A stretch of 64,000 nucleotides of DNA from Torpedo marmorata (lineage: Eukaryota). A model generated the notes under the pieces. It did no database searches. It was not told the DNA's origin and was given only the letters and a program-made list of their open reading frames with translations. The stretch covers positions 26,288,001 to 26,352,000 of the forward strand of contig OZ360229.1 in the NCBI GenBank assembly GCA_977017645.1. The letters run 5' to 3'. Positions within the stretch are counted from its first letter, which is position 1. The number at the start of each line of letters is the position of its first letter. This document shows positions 51,148 to 64,000 of the stretch, piece after piece. The translations under genes were made by a program, and so were the position numbers.

Positions 51148-52410
51148 GGATTTGCTGCCAATTTCCACCCCGACCTCAAATTCACTTGGTCCATCTTTAG
51201 CAACAGTCTTCCTTTCCTTGATCTCTCTGTCTCCATCTCAGGAGACAAACTCTCGACAGAAATCTTCTATAAACCCACCAACTCCCACAGCTACCTCGAC
51301 TACACCTCTTCCCACCCTGTCCCCTGTAAGGATTCCATTCCATTCTCTCAACTCCTCTGTCTCTGTTGCATCTGCACCCAGGATGAGGACTTCCATGCCA
51401 GATCATCAGAGATGTCCTCCTCCTTCAAACAACGTGGCTTTCCCTCTACCACCATCAACTCAGCACTCACCCGCATATCCTCCATTACCCACACATCTGC
51501 CCTGGCCCCCTCTGCCCCCACGCGCAACAAGGACAGGATTCCTCTTGTCCTCACCTACCACCCCACCAGCCTCCGCATCCAACACATCCGCTTCCGCCAC
51601 GTACTACGTGATCCCACCACTAGACACATATTCCCCTCTCCTCCCCTCTCCGCCTTCCGCAAGGACCGCTCCCTCCGTGACTCCCTTGTCCACTCCACCC
51701 TCCCCACCAATCGTCCCCTTGGGACCTACCCCTGTGACTGCAGGAGATGCTCCACTTGCGCCCACACCTCCTCCCTTAGCACCATTCGGGGCCCCAAACA
51801 GTCCTTCCAAGTGAAGCAACATTTCACTTGTGAATCTGCAGGGGTCATCTACTGCATCCGGTGCTCCCGCTGTAGTCTCCTCTACATTGGAGAGACTGGA
51901 CGCAGACTGGGAGATCACTTTGTTGAGCACCTCAGCTCTGTCCGCCGCAATAGCGTGGATCTCCCAGTGGTCACCCATTTTAATTCTCCATCCCATTCCC
52001 TTGACGACATGCCTGTCCATGGTCTCATGCACTTCCAGACTGAGACCACCTGTAAATTGAAGGAACAACACCTCAACTACCGACTGGGCACCCTCCAACT
52101 GGATGGTATTAATATCGACTTCTCTGGCTTTTGTTAAACCCCCCCCCGTCGTCTCTCCATTCCCTGTCTCCTTTCGCACAGTCATGATAAATTCTCACGT
52201 AGTCCCTTATCATATTCAATTAACACCTTTTGTTGCTCTGGACTCCTCCCCCATTGTTTGAATTCTGAGACTTTCTGATATATCCTGCTTCTGCCTTTTC
52301 TGATTTTTCCTTGAAGAAGGGCTCAGGCCCAAAACGTCAGCAATATATCTTTGTCTCCTTTAGATGCTGAAAAGACCGGCTGAGTTCCTCCAGCATTTTG
52401 CTTTAGTTTT
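51148..52410 (+). mobile_element. Penelope-like element, 5'-truncated (RT C-terminus and GIY-YIG endonuclease)
   Basis: LPFLDL, FYKPTNSHSYLDYTSSHP, GVIYCIRC..C..LYIGETGR. Confidence 0.9.
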
Positions 52411-52419
52411 AAACCCTTC

Positions 52420-53900
52420 TGAAGAAAAGTTGCTCATTATCTAAATAAATTATAAATCATAACTTATCTTATATAAATTATTATGCCACTCATAATTTTG
52501 TATGTCTCAGTCAGACCCACCCACCCCCCCCCCCCGCACAAACCTCCTCCCAACCCTTCATGCTTCTCTGCTCCAAGCTAAACAAATCCAACTTATTCTC
52601 TTCACAACTGAAACTCTCCAGCCCAGGCAACAGTCCAGGGATTCTTAGCTGCACTCTCTCCAGGGCAATTCTGCCCTTCCTATAGTGTGGCAACAACAAC
52701 TATGATTCATCTGTGGCATAACTAATGTTTTACAAAGTTGTACCATTACCACTGGCTCATGAAAGCAAGTATCCCCAATGCCTTCCTCAACACCCTATCT
52801 ACTGTGCTGCCACCTTCAGGAATCCTTGAACCTGTGCACTCAGGGGTCTGTTCTTAATACAGGTATACCCAGTTTTACGAATACAGTACACGCTTTACAA
52901 AAATTCGCTTTTACGATGAAACCTGTGTTCGCTTTTACGAAAGTATTTGAATGGGTTTTGAATGGGTTTTCGCTTTTACGAAAATAGCCTTCAATAGTAG
53001 TGAATGGGTCTTTGCTTTACGCCATTTTGGCTTACAAAAGGTTTCATAGGAACGCTCTAGTTTTGTAAAGCGGGGTATACCCGTACTCCCCAGGACCTTA
53101 TTATTAATTGTAAATGTCTTAGCCTTATTAGTCCTCTTAAGAACCATCACCCCACATTTATCAGGATTGTCCATCTACCGGTGCTCAGCCCACCTTAGCA
53201 ACACTAAATCCTCCTGTGCCCTAAAGTCCTTTTCTCTATCAACAACACAGCCATATTTTGTGTCATCTGCATACTTATTCATCAAACTTCGTACATTCAT
53301 ATCCAAATCATGAATCTATCTAATGAACAGCGAGGGACTCAGTACTGATCACTGTGTTATGCCGCTAGTCACAGGCTTCCAATCCCAAAATCAATCCTCC
53401 ACCATCACCTCCTCGTGCCAAGCCAATTGCCCTGAATCCCACTTACTCCAGCAGTCTCCCATGTGGGACCATGTCGAAATCCTTACTGAAGTCCAGGTGG
53501 CCAACATCAAATGCATTACCCTCATCAATATGCTTTGTAACATTATCAAAAATTTCAGCGAAACTGGTTAAACGGGTCGTCTCTCTCTAACAAAGCCATG
53601 CTGACTATTTCCCACCTTTCTAAGTATAGAATTAATTATGTCCCTCAAATGTTTTGCAGTATATTCCCTACTATTGACATTAACTTCAAAGGCTGTATTC
53701 TAAGTGTCTCTTCCATGTCTCTTCCAGTGGGTATCATGCTTAGAATAGTGGTTAGCAGGGCTACAAAACTTGAAACTGCTAAATTTATTTTAAATTGCAA
53801 GAATAAGTAATACGTCAATCTTTGATTATCTTTCTCAAATACAAAAGAAAATATTTTGGCACACAAATCATTTTGAACTAAAGGGCACTCGGTAGAATGC
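52420..53900 (-). mobile_element. Degraded CR1 fragment(s)
   Basis: ALERVQ, LFSLEQR and KYADDTK remnants. Confidence 0.65.
52860..53083. mobile_element. Tigger-like MITE
   Basis: TA|CAGGTATACCC ... GGGTATACCCG|TA. Confidence 0.8.
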
Positions 53901-54329
53901 ATACCTCCGCCAAGGGCAACACAACATTAAAACCTTTTACTTCACACACCTTTCCAGTGATGAAAATGGAGAACTTGCTCCCAGATGGGTTAGTTGAATC
54001 AATTAGCAAAACATGTTAATGGGAAAAGAAATGAGGAAGGAAGTTGATGCCATTAAAATGAAATGAAGAGTGTGGGAAGAGACTTGATTTGAGCACAAAC
54101 TTCGCGGCCAAGCATTTGGGCTGAATACCCCCTATCTTTGCTGTAACTTCAATGTAATTCAATAAAGCTAGAAGAGATATACCACTGAGCCTAGATCCAG
54201 AACCCTGGCTTACCTTTTACACTGATAACAGATGCCATGTTACGAGTTAATAGAGAGTAGTTGAGACAGTTCTTAGAATAATACCTTATGGAACCATCCA
54301 CCCAGGGTTTAGCGTTGAACAGGAGCTCG

Positions 54330-54736
54330 GGGGGAAGCTGGGGTGGGGAGAGTGGGAACCGGGGGGGTGGGGGAGCAGGGACCGGGGAGGGGTGACCGGG
54401 ACCATGGAAGGATGGAACGGGGACTGGGGGGGAAGCGAGGGGGTGAAGTGGGGAGAGGGGGGAGGGAGAGCGGGGACCGGGGAGAGAGGGAGAGACATGC
54501 TGGGCTCCAGCGACCCAGCACCGAGCCAATGTGGCCAGGGGCCAGCGAGGGCATTTGCACCCCCCCCCTGCCCCCTCCCTCGGGGAGCCGCTGTCCCGTT
54601 GCCCTCCCCGAGCCCCTCACTCACCGGACAGCACCTCGATCACCCTGATCGCTGCGAGTTGGTCGGGGCACAGCGCCCCTCTGTGGTCTGCGCCCTAGGT
54701 GGCTGCCTTGTTCGCTTAATGGTAGTGCCGGCCCTG
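54330..54736 (-). mobile_element. GC-rich hAT-like non-autonomous end
   Basis: Terminus ..CGCCCTAGG..TAATGGTAGTGCCGGCCCTG resembles hAT CAGGGCCGG ends. Confidence 0.5.
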
Positions 54737-54942
54737 GTGGTTACAGCACCAGCGATCGGGACCAGGGATCAAATCCCGTGCTATCTGTAAGGAGTTTGTA
54801 CGTTCTTCCCGTGTCTGCGTGGGTTTTCCCCGGGGGCTCCGGTTTCCTCCCATCATTCAAAACGTACTGGGGGTTGTAGGTCAATCGAGTGTAATTGGGC
54901 GGCACGGGCTCATAGGCCGAAAGAGCCTGTTACTGTGCTGTA
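54737..54942 (+). mobile_element. V-SINE, head clipped
   Basis: Family core and tail. Confidence 0.8.
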
Positions 54943-55526
54943 TTCAGATTTATTGTCAGAGTTCATACATGACATCACATACAACCCTGAGATTCTTTTT
55001 CCTGCGGGCGAGCCAGTATTACCACTTATTGGCATTGCAAAAAAAAAACGGACTCAACGTACAGATGTAAACAAATAAAGAAATGTAAACAAACTGACTG
55101 TACAATACAGAGAAAAAAAATTATACCGCAGCTGCACCATTAAATAGTGCGTCATTTCTGCCTGTGAGGTTAGAGGGGGAATATGGAGAAGTTTCCTGTG
55201 TATTTATTGAGACAAGACAGTTCAAAGCCAGTATAAAAGGAACATGAACAACAGAGACTCAGGAAATTCTTCAGTGCCTGCTGGTATAGAATTCTGGTAA
55301 GCAATTCCAAAATGTGGCTAAACACTATCTGCTGGAGGAATTCAGTGGGTCGAGCAGCATCAGTGGGAGATAAAGAGTGGTCAATGATGAGGACTGGAAC
55401 TCTTCACCCTGATGAAGTGTCCGACCCACAACATTGACCATTCTTTTCCTCCCACTGATGCTGCATGATCTGCTAAGTTCTTCCAGCAGATTGTGTTTAG
55501 CTTCAGATTCCAGTATCTGCAGTTAC

Positions 55527-55658
55527 CTGTGTTCCTCCAGAAACTTGGCTTCTCTATTATATTTTTCTATCAAATTTTGCATCGCACTTCCAGGTTGAAT
55601 CAGTGGGACGTTGGCCTGGGGCAATAATTCCTTCTTCATCAGTTCCATATCTGATGAG
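55527..55658 (-). CDS. Candidate internal exon of an unidentified host gene (132 nt, phase 2-2)
   Basis: Acceptor CTTCCTTCCACCACAG, donor CAG|GTAACT, open frame SSDMELMKKELLPQANVPLIQPGSAMQNLIEKYNREAKFLEEHR; not a repeat I recognise. Confidence 0.45.
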
Positions 55659-55734
55659 CTGTGGTGGAAGGAAGCATTTAAGGTGGGTGATACAATGTAA
55701 AAGATTGAGAGAAGATCTATACTGTAAGAGTGAT

Positions 55735-56270
55735 TCAAAGTTCAAAGTTCAGGTTTATTGTCAGAGTACATACTGTACATGACATCACATACAATCTTGA
55801 GATTCTTTTCCTACGGGCCAGGCAGAATTGCTCCTTATAGATAGTACAAAAAACTGTACAAAAGAGAGAAATGTAAACAAACTGTGCAATACAGAAAAAA
55901 AAAATTCAGTAATAAATAATGTGCAAAGTAAGAGTCCTTAAATGAGTCTCTGATTGAGTTTTGTTTAGGAGTCTGATGGTGGAGGGGTAGCAACACTTCC
56001 TGAACCTGGTGGTGTGAGTCTTGTGACACCTATACCTCTTTCCTGATGGCAGCAGCGAGAACAGAGCGTGTCCTGGGTGGTGTAGAACCTTGATGATTGC
56101 TGCTGCTCTCCGACGGTAGAGTTCCATGTAGATGTTCTCGATGGTGGGGAGAGTTTTTTCTGTGATGTACTGGGCTGTGTCCACTACCTTTTGCAGAGCA
56201 TTTCACTCAGAGGTATTGGTGCCCTCATACCAGGCCGTGAATCAGCTGGTCAGCACACTTTCCACTACAC
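55735..56270 (-). mobile_element. Rex1/Babar 3' fragment
   Basis: [18 protein letters not shown] and tail. Confidence 0.85.
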
Positions 56271-57371
56271 ATTCAACTTTGCATTGTCTTTTTCCACCTC
56301 TTAATATTTTACATACGGTAACTTCGTGCTGAATTGTACAGTTGTGGTTCACTCTACTTTCTGACTCAGATGTCTGTGGGTTCCGATTTCACTCTGGGAT
56401 CTTGAGCACAAATATTTAGTCTGGTGCTTCAACCGCATTCGGAATGCTGCACTGAAGGATGTCAATTGTTTAAATAGTGGTCTTGAACTGAAGCTCGTGT
56501 AAAAAATCCTACAGTGCTTTTTGAAAGGGTTACAGCAGAGTCCCAAACAAAATGTAATGAAACAGATGCTTCTCGCACTGTTGTATGGTTCATATCTTTC
56601 CGTTATTGCCTCTTCAAGACTTCTTTAGGCAGGTAGTGCTGCTGCCTCAAATCTCCAGAGACACAGGCTCAAACCCTGACCTTCATTGACGTCTCTGGGG
56701 TTTGCACATTCTTGCTGCAAAGGTGTGGGTTTTCTCCCATGTGATCTGGTTTCTTCCCACATCTCAGTTATGTTGAATGTTCAGTTAATTGGCCAAATCA
56801 GCCATTCTCAACAGGGGCCTTTGGGGCCACAGCACATTTAAGTAAAAGCCTTGCTTTCTTTCCAACTCACGTAACATAAATATTTTTTTTATGTAGTCTG
56901 TAGGAGAGAAGTATGGAAAAACCAAAACTTGACTGCTTCACAGGGAAAGGGACCCATAAACTTTAAGCAGAGTTGTAAGGGGGACATAGTCAAAAAAAGG
57001 TTGAGAGGTTGAGAAAAGGTTAGGTTGGTGGTAGGAGATGGTTTATAGGGAAACTGGGGAAAAGGAGATTGATGAGAAGCTGGGGGAAAGGAGGTTGATT
57101 AGATCCCTCTCAGAGCTCAAAGCGAGACTGAATGGCGTCCTTCTACGTTGTGAAGTAATATAAAAATATGCGAAGCGGTAGGTGTTAAAAGGTTTTGGGA
57201 TGGCCTGAAGAGGTGACAGTGAAACACAGCAAGATAACGTTTCATATTCACCACGTTAAAACTGCCTCAAATAACTTCCTATAAACGTTGCATGTGAAGC
57301 ACTCTGCCACTCCGGCACTTGTAGACAGCCTCATAAGGTGGTTCAGCCGGTTCAATGAACAGCGGTGCCTT

Positions 57372-57945
57372 GTTCAGATTTCAGATTTATTGTCAGAGTA
57401 CATACATGACATCACAGACAACCCTGAGATTCTTTTTTCCTGCGGGCGCTGCAGAATTACCACTAATTGGTAGTGCAAAAAAAATGTACACAGCGTAAAC
57501 ATGTAAACAAATTAAGAACTGTAAACAGATAATGAATGTAAACAAACTGACTGTGCAATACAGAGAGAACAAAAAGAAAATCAATAAAGTGCACAAGTAA
57601 GAGTCCTTAAATGAGTCTCTGATTGAGTTTGTCGTTGAGGAGTCTGATGGTGGAGAGGTAGCAGCTGTTCCTAAACCTGGTGGTGTGAGTCTTGTGGTAC
57701 CTATACGTCTTTCCTGATGGCAGCAGCGAGAACAGAGTGTGTGCTGGGTGGTGAGGGTCTTTGATGAATGCTGCTGCTCTCCGACGTCAGTGTTCCCTGT
57801 AGATGTACTCAATAGTGGGGAGGGTTTTTCCTGTGATGTCCTGGGCTGTGTCCACTACCGTTTGGAGGGCTTTACGCTCAAGGGTATTGGTGTTTCCATA
57901 CTAGAACGTGATGCAGCCGGTCAGCACACTTTTCACCACACTTTC
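57372..57945 (-). mobile_element. Rex1/Babar 3' fragment
   Basis: Same family as 55735-56270 and 48740-49110. Confidence 0.85.
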
Positions 57946-58118
57946 CAATGTACATTGTCCGTAACACAGGGAGAGCTCCGAGCAGAGGCCATAGGTACTG
58001 CCAAAACTGAGGAAATCTGGGCTAGAAATGCCTTCATTGCAATTTCCACAGCAGAATTATATTACATTATAATGTTGGGATGGAGCAAAGGCAACATAAT
58101 TTTACTATTTGGGGGCTA

Positions 58119-59675
58119 CAGTGTGAGCTGCCTCAACGACTATCGCCCAGTAGCACTAACATCTACTGTGATGAAATGGTTTGAGAGGTTGGTCATGGCC
58201 AGAATTAATATGTACCTAAGCAAAGGTCTGGACCCACTGCAATTCGCCTATCATCACAACCACTCCACAGCATACACAATATCGCTGACTCTCCACTCAG
58301 CTCTGGAACACCTTGAAAACAGCAACTCATACATACGGCTGCTCTTCATGGACTACAGCTCAGCCTTCAACACCATTATTCCCTCAGTGTTGGTCAAGAA
58401 GATCCAAACCCTGGATCTCTGTACCCCCCTCTGCAACTGGATCTGTGACTTCCTCATCGGAAGACCACAGTCAGTACGAATTGGAAACAATGTCTCCTCC
58501 TCACTGACTATCAACACAGGCGCACCCCAAGGATGCGTGCTTAGCCCACTGCTCTACTTACTATACACTCATGACTGTGTGGCCAGGCACGATTCCAATG
58601 CTATCTGGGGCGGCACGTTTGGTGTAGCGGTTAGCGCAATGCCTTTACAGCGCCAGCGATAGGAATCGGGGTTCGAATCCCGCGCTGTCTGTAAGGAGTT
58701 TGTTCGTTCTCCCCATGTCTGCATGGGTTTTCCCCGGAGGATCCGGTTTCCTCCCACCATTCGAAACGTACCAGGGATGTAGGTTAATTGGGTGTAAATT
58801 GGGTGGCATGGACTTGTGGGCCAATATGGCCTGTTACCATTCTGTATATCTAAATTTTTAAAAAATTTGAATACAAATTTGCCGATGACACCACAGTTGT
58901 CGGCAGAATCACAAACGGCAATAAGGAAGCGTACAGGAGGGAGATAGATCAGCTCGTTATGGTGTCACGCCAACAACCTTGCGCTCAACATTAGCAAAAC
59001 CAAGGAGATGATTGTGGGCTTCAGGAGGAAGTCAGGAGAACAGGATCCAGTCCTCATTGAGGGCTCATTAGTGGAGAGGGTCAAGAACTTCAACTTTCTG
59101 GGTGTCAACATCTCCGAGGATCTATCCTGGAGCCTCCATGTCGATGCAATCACGAAGAAGGCTCGTCAGCGGCTATACTTTGTGAGGTGTTTGACGAGAT
59201 TCGGTATGTCACCGAAGACTCTCAAAGAACTTTTACAGGTGTAACGTGGAGAGCATTGTGGCTGGTTGCATCACTTTCTGTTACGGAGGTGCCAACGCTC
59301 AGGACAAGAAAAAACTCCAGAGGGTTGTTAACTCGGCCTGCAACATCACGGGCACCAGACTTCACTTCATCGAGGACATCTACAAGAGGTGGTGTCTTAA
59401 GAAATCAGCCTCTATCCTCAAGGACCCCCACCACCCAGGCCATGCCTTCTTCACACTGCTACCATCGAGAAAAAGGTACAGGAGCCTGAAGACGAGCACT
59501 CAGCAGCACAAGGACAGCTGCTTCCCTGCTGCCATCAGATTCCTGAATGATTAATAAACCAAAGACACTGCATTACTTTGACTTTTCGTGTACTATTTTT
59601 ATTTATTGTTGTAAGGTGGTTTATATGAATGTTTGCACTGTGATAATAAATTCTGATTCTGATTCTGATTCTCAT
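58119..59675 (+). mobile_element. Rex1/Babar LINE fragment interrupted by a SINE
   Basis: [25 protein letters not shown], (TTCTGA)n tail. Confidence 0.9.
58607..58868 (+). mobile_element. V-SINE
   Basis: Family consensus; splits the Rex1 AI|YKFADD motif. Confidence 0.88.
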
Positions 59676-59679
59676 CCAG

Positions 59680-60580
59680 CCATCTGATAATGACAGGAAG
59701 GAAACTGTCCTTGAATCTGGTGGTGGGTGATAACACACTTGTCAAACTTCCTCCTCTTTGGTGGGCGGGGGGGGGGGTGGTGGGAGGTGTGGTGACAAGA
59801 GTGTGGCTGGGGTGGGATGAGTATTTTAATATGGTGGCTACTTTTCCAAGGCAGCAGAAGGTATAGGTGGAGTCAATGGAAGGGAGTGCGAGTATGTTTG
59901 ATGGTCTGAGCCACATTCACAACCCTTTGCAGCTTCTTGGGCGAAGCAGTTCGTGTCCCACACAGTGATTCACCCTGATAGGATACGGTTGGCGTAGCAG
60001 TTAGCGTAACGCCTTTACAGCGCCAGCGATCGGGACCGGACCTGGGTTCGAGTCCCGCACTGTCTGTAAGGAGTTTGTACGTTCTCCCCGTGTCTGCGTG
60101 GGTTTTCTCCGGGGGCTCCGGTTTCCTCCCACCCTTCAAAATGTACTGGGGGTGTTGGATAATGTGGTGTAAATTGGGCGGCACGGACACGTAGGGCCGA
60201 AATGGCCTGTTACAGTGCTGTAAGTCTAAATTTAAAATTTAAAATTCAATGATGCACCTGTGGAAGTTGTTAAGAGACGCCGGTGACCCACCAACTGTCC
60301 TCAGTCTTCTGGGGAAGTAGGGGTGCATGTGATGTTTCTTGGACATTGCATCAACATGGGTTGACCAGAACGAGTCACGAGAGATGTTTACGCCCCCCCC
60401 CCCATGAACTTAAAGCTGTCCACTATCTTCACCTGGACACTGTTGACGCGGACCAGGGAGTGGGCTTCACGCCTCTTCCAGATGTCTACAACCAGCTCAT
60501 TGGCCTGCTGATATTGAGAGGTTGCTGTGCTAGCACCAAGCCACAGTTCCCTCTATTCTGTAGTCCGCTTTATCATTGTT
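59680..60580 (-). mobile_element. Degraded Rex1-type fragment containing a V-SINE (59984-60246 +)
   Basis: KKLQRVVNVAQ, RFKDSF; SINE consensus. Confidence 0.75.
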
Positions 60581-60795
60581 AGAGATTCTGGTACATGAAT
60601 AGGAAAGGTTTAGAGGTATATGGGCTGAACGCATGCAAATGGGATTAGCTTGAGAAAGCAACTTAGTCAGCATGGACAAGTTGGGCTGAAGGGCCTCTTT
60701 CCATGTTGTAAAACTCTATGCCTTCGGCCTATCCAAATTATATGGCCAGCACCTTCAGGGAGTCAGACTGGTCGGGCCAACTAATGAAGAGCATA

Positions 60796-61425
60796 GCCTT
60801 GCATCTGGTGCTCCCGTTGTGGTCTCCGCTACATCGGAGAGACTGGGCGCAGACAGGGAGATCGCTTTATTGAGCATCTCGACTATGTCCGCCGCAATAG
60901 CGCGGATCTCCCAGTAACCACCCATTTAAATTCCCCATCCCATTCCTTTGCTGACATGTCTGTCCATGGTCTCATGCACTGCCAGACTGAGACCACCTGC
61001 AAATTGGAGGAGGAACACCTCATCATCCGTCTTGGCACCCTGCATCCGGATGGCATTAACATCGACTTCTCCAGTTTCCATTAAACCAACCCCCCCCCAA
61101 CTTCTTCCCCCGTTGCCTTCCCCCATCTCTATCCCTTTTCCCTCTGTCTCCTTTCACACAAACAAAATCAATTCTCACCTCTCCCCTTATCGTATCCAAT
61201 GAACAGCTTTTGTTGGTCTGGACTCCTCCCCCAGCCAGCACTGTCTCTATTCTGAGATTTCCTGTTTTATGCTTATTCTTTGCTTATTCCTTGAAGAAAG
61301 GCTCAGGCCTGAAACATCGGCAATATATCTATCTCCTATGGACGCTGCAAGACCGGCTGAGTTCGTCTAGCATTTCGATGTGTTTTTGCTGCAATCACAG
61401 CGTCAGCAAACTTCCGTGTTTCACT
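60796..61425 (+). mobile_element. Penelope-like 3' fragment
   Basis: YIGETGR..HFNSPSH, similar to 51850-52400. Confidence 0.85.
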
Positions 61426-62674
61426 CGTGGCCTTGCTCTTGCTACAGATGACTCTGGTCACCGAACAACAGTCCTTTGTGGAGTCCAGCAATGAGCAGTC
61501 AAGCTCATTTCAAACAAAATCATTTCCAAGTGATTTACTGGGGCCTTTCTGGCAAAATATCCTACAATTGTACTGTCCTTTTGTGCTTGCGTTTTGGTAA
61601 TCATGTGACACCTCATACTCCGTCCACTATTAGGGTCGTTTAAGGAACATAGAAATGAGAACACATCAGTCAGCCACTTGAATCTGTTCTGTCATTCATT
61701 GTCTAATTTGCATCTCCACTGATTTGCACTCCTTCATTCTGCAATCTTGCAATAAATAAAACCCTTATCTCAACAAAGATCTACCAGTGCTCGGTTTTGA
61801 AATTTTCACTTCACCCTCAGCAGCCTTTCGGGAGCAGGTTCCAAATTGCCATCCACTTTGTATGAAGTAGTGCTACCTGCACAAGCAAATGTGTCATTCT
61901 CACCATAACATTTTTAACAACAATAACAATTTGCTTTGATGTAGTGCCTTTTATGTCGTGGAAACTTCCCAAACCATTTTACAGGATGATGTATTGAACT
62001 GAGCCACATAAAAGAATATTGAGAGAGAAAAAGGGGTGAAAAAGTGCCACCAAATTTTACCTCCCTTTGTCCCAAATTCTTACATCTGAGGGATCCATTT
62101 CCCTTTCAACTCCTTCATTCTTTTTGAACACCTGAATACCTCTTAACTTCCTCAGCTTGAGGAATGCAAGATATGAATGTGGTTCAGGTGGAAAAGATTG
62201 CCTCAATCAGATTGACTTAATCACACTGACATAAAGTTGCTCCTGGTCTAGCAATACTCACGTCCGTAAGAGTTACATTGAAATCTCACCATGACTTTGT
62301 CTCTTCCTGTCTCTGTAACTTCCTCTAGCCCTACAAGCCTCGACGAACACAGTCCTCCACTGACCATGGTTGGTGGTCAAGCTAACAGAAGCCTGATTCC
62401 TCCCTGAAACCTCTCATTTTGTCACTAAGACTTCACTAAGAACCATATCACTTTGCCCACATTCTTTTTCTATCCTAGTGCTTTTGTATGTGACCCAGTG
62501 TTAAGTTTTGTTTATTACATCACCTTCAAAATACTTTGAGATATTTTACTACATTAAAGACACTATCAAAGCAAGTTGTTATTGTTAAAAATCTTCTGCT
62601 GAGAATGACACATTGTACCTTGGCCAAACTCATGTATGTAACTGAGAATTCCTACTTATCTCTCCTTATCAGAA

Positions 62675-64000
62675 CCTATCAGAATCAGAATTTATTGTCA
62701 TGAACAAGTCATGAAATTCGTTGTTTTGCGGCAGCATCATAGTGCAAACATTCATATTATAACCATCTTACGACATTACTATAAAAATATATAAATAATA
62801 GTGCACGAAAAGTAAGGCAGTGTCTTTGGTTCATTGGTTATTCAGGAATCTGATAGCAGCGGGGAAGAAGCTATCCTTGTGCCATTGAGTGCTCGTCTTT
62901 AGGTTCCTGTACCTTTTTCCTGATGGTAGCAGAGTGAAGAGGGCATGGCCTGGGTGGTGGGGGTCTTTGAGGACAGAGGCTGCTTTTTTAAGACACCGCC
63001 TTATGTAGATGTCCTCGATGGAGTGAAGTCTGGTGCCTGTGATGTCACAGGCCGAGTTAACAACCCTCTGGAGTTTATTCTTGTCCTGAGAGTTGGCGCC
63101 TCCATACCAGGCAGTGATGCAACCAGCCAGAATGCTCTCCACGGTACACCTGTAGAAGTTTACGAGAGTCTTCGGTAACATACCGAATCTCCTCAGACAC
63201 CTCACAAAGTATCGCCGCTGGCGAGCCTTCTCTGTGATTACATCAACGTGGAGGCTCCAGGACAGATCCTCGGAGATGTTGACACCCAGGAATTTGAAGT
63301 TCTTGACCCTCTCCACTACTGAGCCCTCGATGAGGACTGGGTCATGTTCCCTGACTTCCTCCTGAAGTCCACAATCATCTCCTTGGTTTTGCTGACGTTG
63401 AGCGCAAGGTTGTTGTCGTTTCACCATTCAACGAGCTGATCTATCTCCCTCCTGTACGCTTCCTCATTGCCGTTTGTGATTCTGCCAACAACTGTGGTGT
63501 CATCGGCAAACTTGTAGATGGCATTGGAATTGTGCCTGGCCACACAGTCATGGGTGTATAACGAGTAGAGCAGTGGGCATCCTTGGGGTGCGCCTGTGTT
63601 GATAATCAGTGAGGAGGAAACGTTGTTTCCTATTCGTACTGACTGTGGTCTTCCAATGAGAAAGTCAAGGATTCAGTTGCAGAGGGGGATACAGATGCCT
63701 AGAGTTTGTAGCTTCTTGACCAGCACTGAGGGAATAATGGTATTGAAGACCGAGCTGTAGTCGATGAAGAGCAGCTGTATGTATGAATTGCTGTTTTCGA
63801 GGTGATCCAGAGCTGAGTGGAGAGCCAGCGATATTGTATCTTCTGTGGAGCGATTGTGACGATAGGCGAATTGCAGTGGGTCCAGATCTTTGCTTAGGTA
63901 CGTGTTAATTCTGGCCATGACCAGCCTCTCAAAGCATTTCATCACAGTAGAAGTTACTGCTACTGGGCGGTAGTTGCTGAGGCAGGTCACACTTCTCTTC
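62675..64000 (-). mobile_element. Rex1/Babar LINE (runs off window end)
   Basis: YRPVAVTS, FIDYSS, KFADDTT, LLPSGKRYR, (TTCTGA)n tail. Confidence 0.9.

Noticed and set aside
54209-54740. GC-rich stretch plus AACATGG..AAG|GTAAG as a CpG-island first exon
   Set aside because: The GC-rich part ends in a hAT-like terminus, and the 8-codon peptide gives no independent support.
61448-61600. Short ATG-initiated ORF after an acceptor-like site
   Set aside because: No recognisable homology or supporting gene structure.

Overview
AT-rich vertebrate genomic DNA made almost entirely of nested transposable elements. The repeat set (CR1, L1/Tx1-type, Rex1/Babar, Penelope, V-SINE/HE1-like SINEs, Mag-type Gypsy, hAT, Tc1/mariner MITEs) suggests a cartilaginous fish; this is inference. 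The main observation is two diverged copies (1-10817 + and 38294-44101 -) of a non-autonomous BEL/Pao-derived LTR element. It keeps gag, zinc knuckles and protease but has lost RT, RNase H and the integrase core. In one reconstructable ORF of about 1,270 codons it carries an N-terminal SAFB/SLTM-like SAP domain and a coiled coil closely resembling the host protein MIPOL1 (both matches are from recalled sequences and need a search). The complete copy has near-identical LTRs and a 5-bp TSD, so the chimera itself has been retrotransposing. Also present: a near full-length L1 with a 5' inversion showing twin-priming hallmarks, a Gypsy>CR1>BEL nest, twin solo LTRs and one candidate host exon. Coordinates with stated TSDs were read base by base; those of degraded repeats are approximate.
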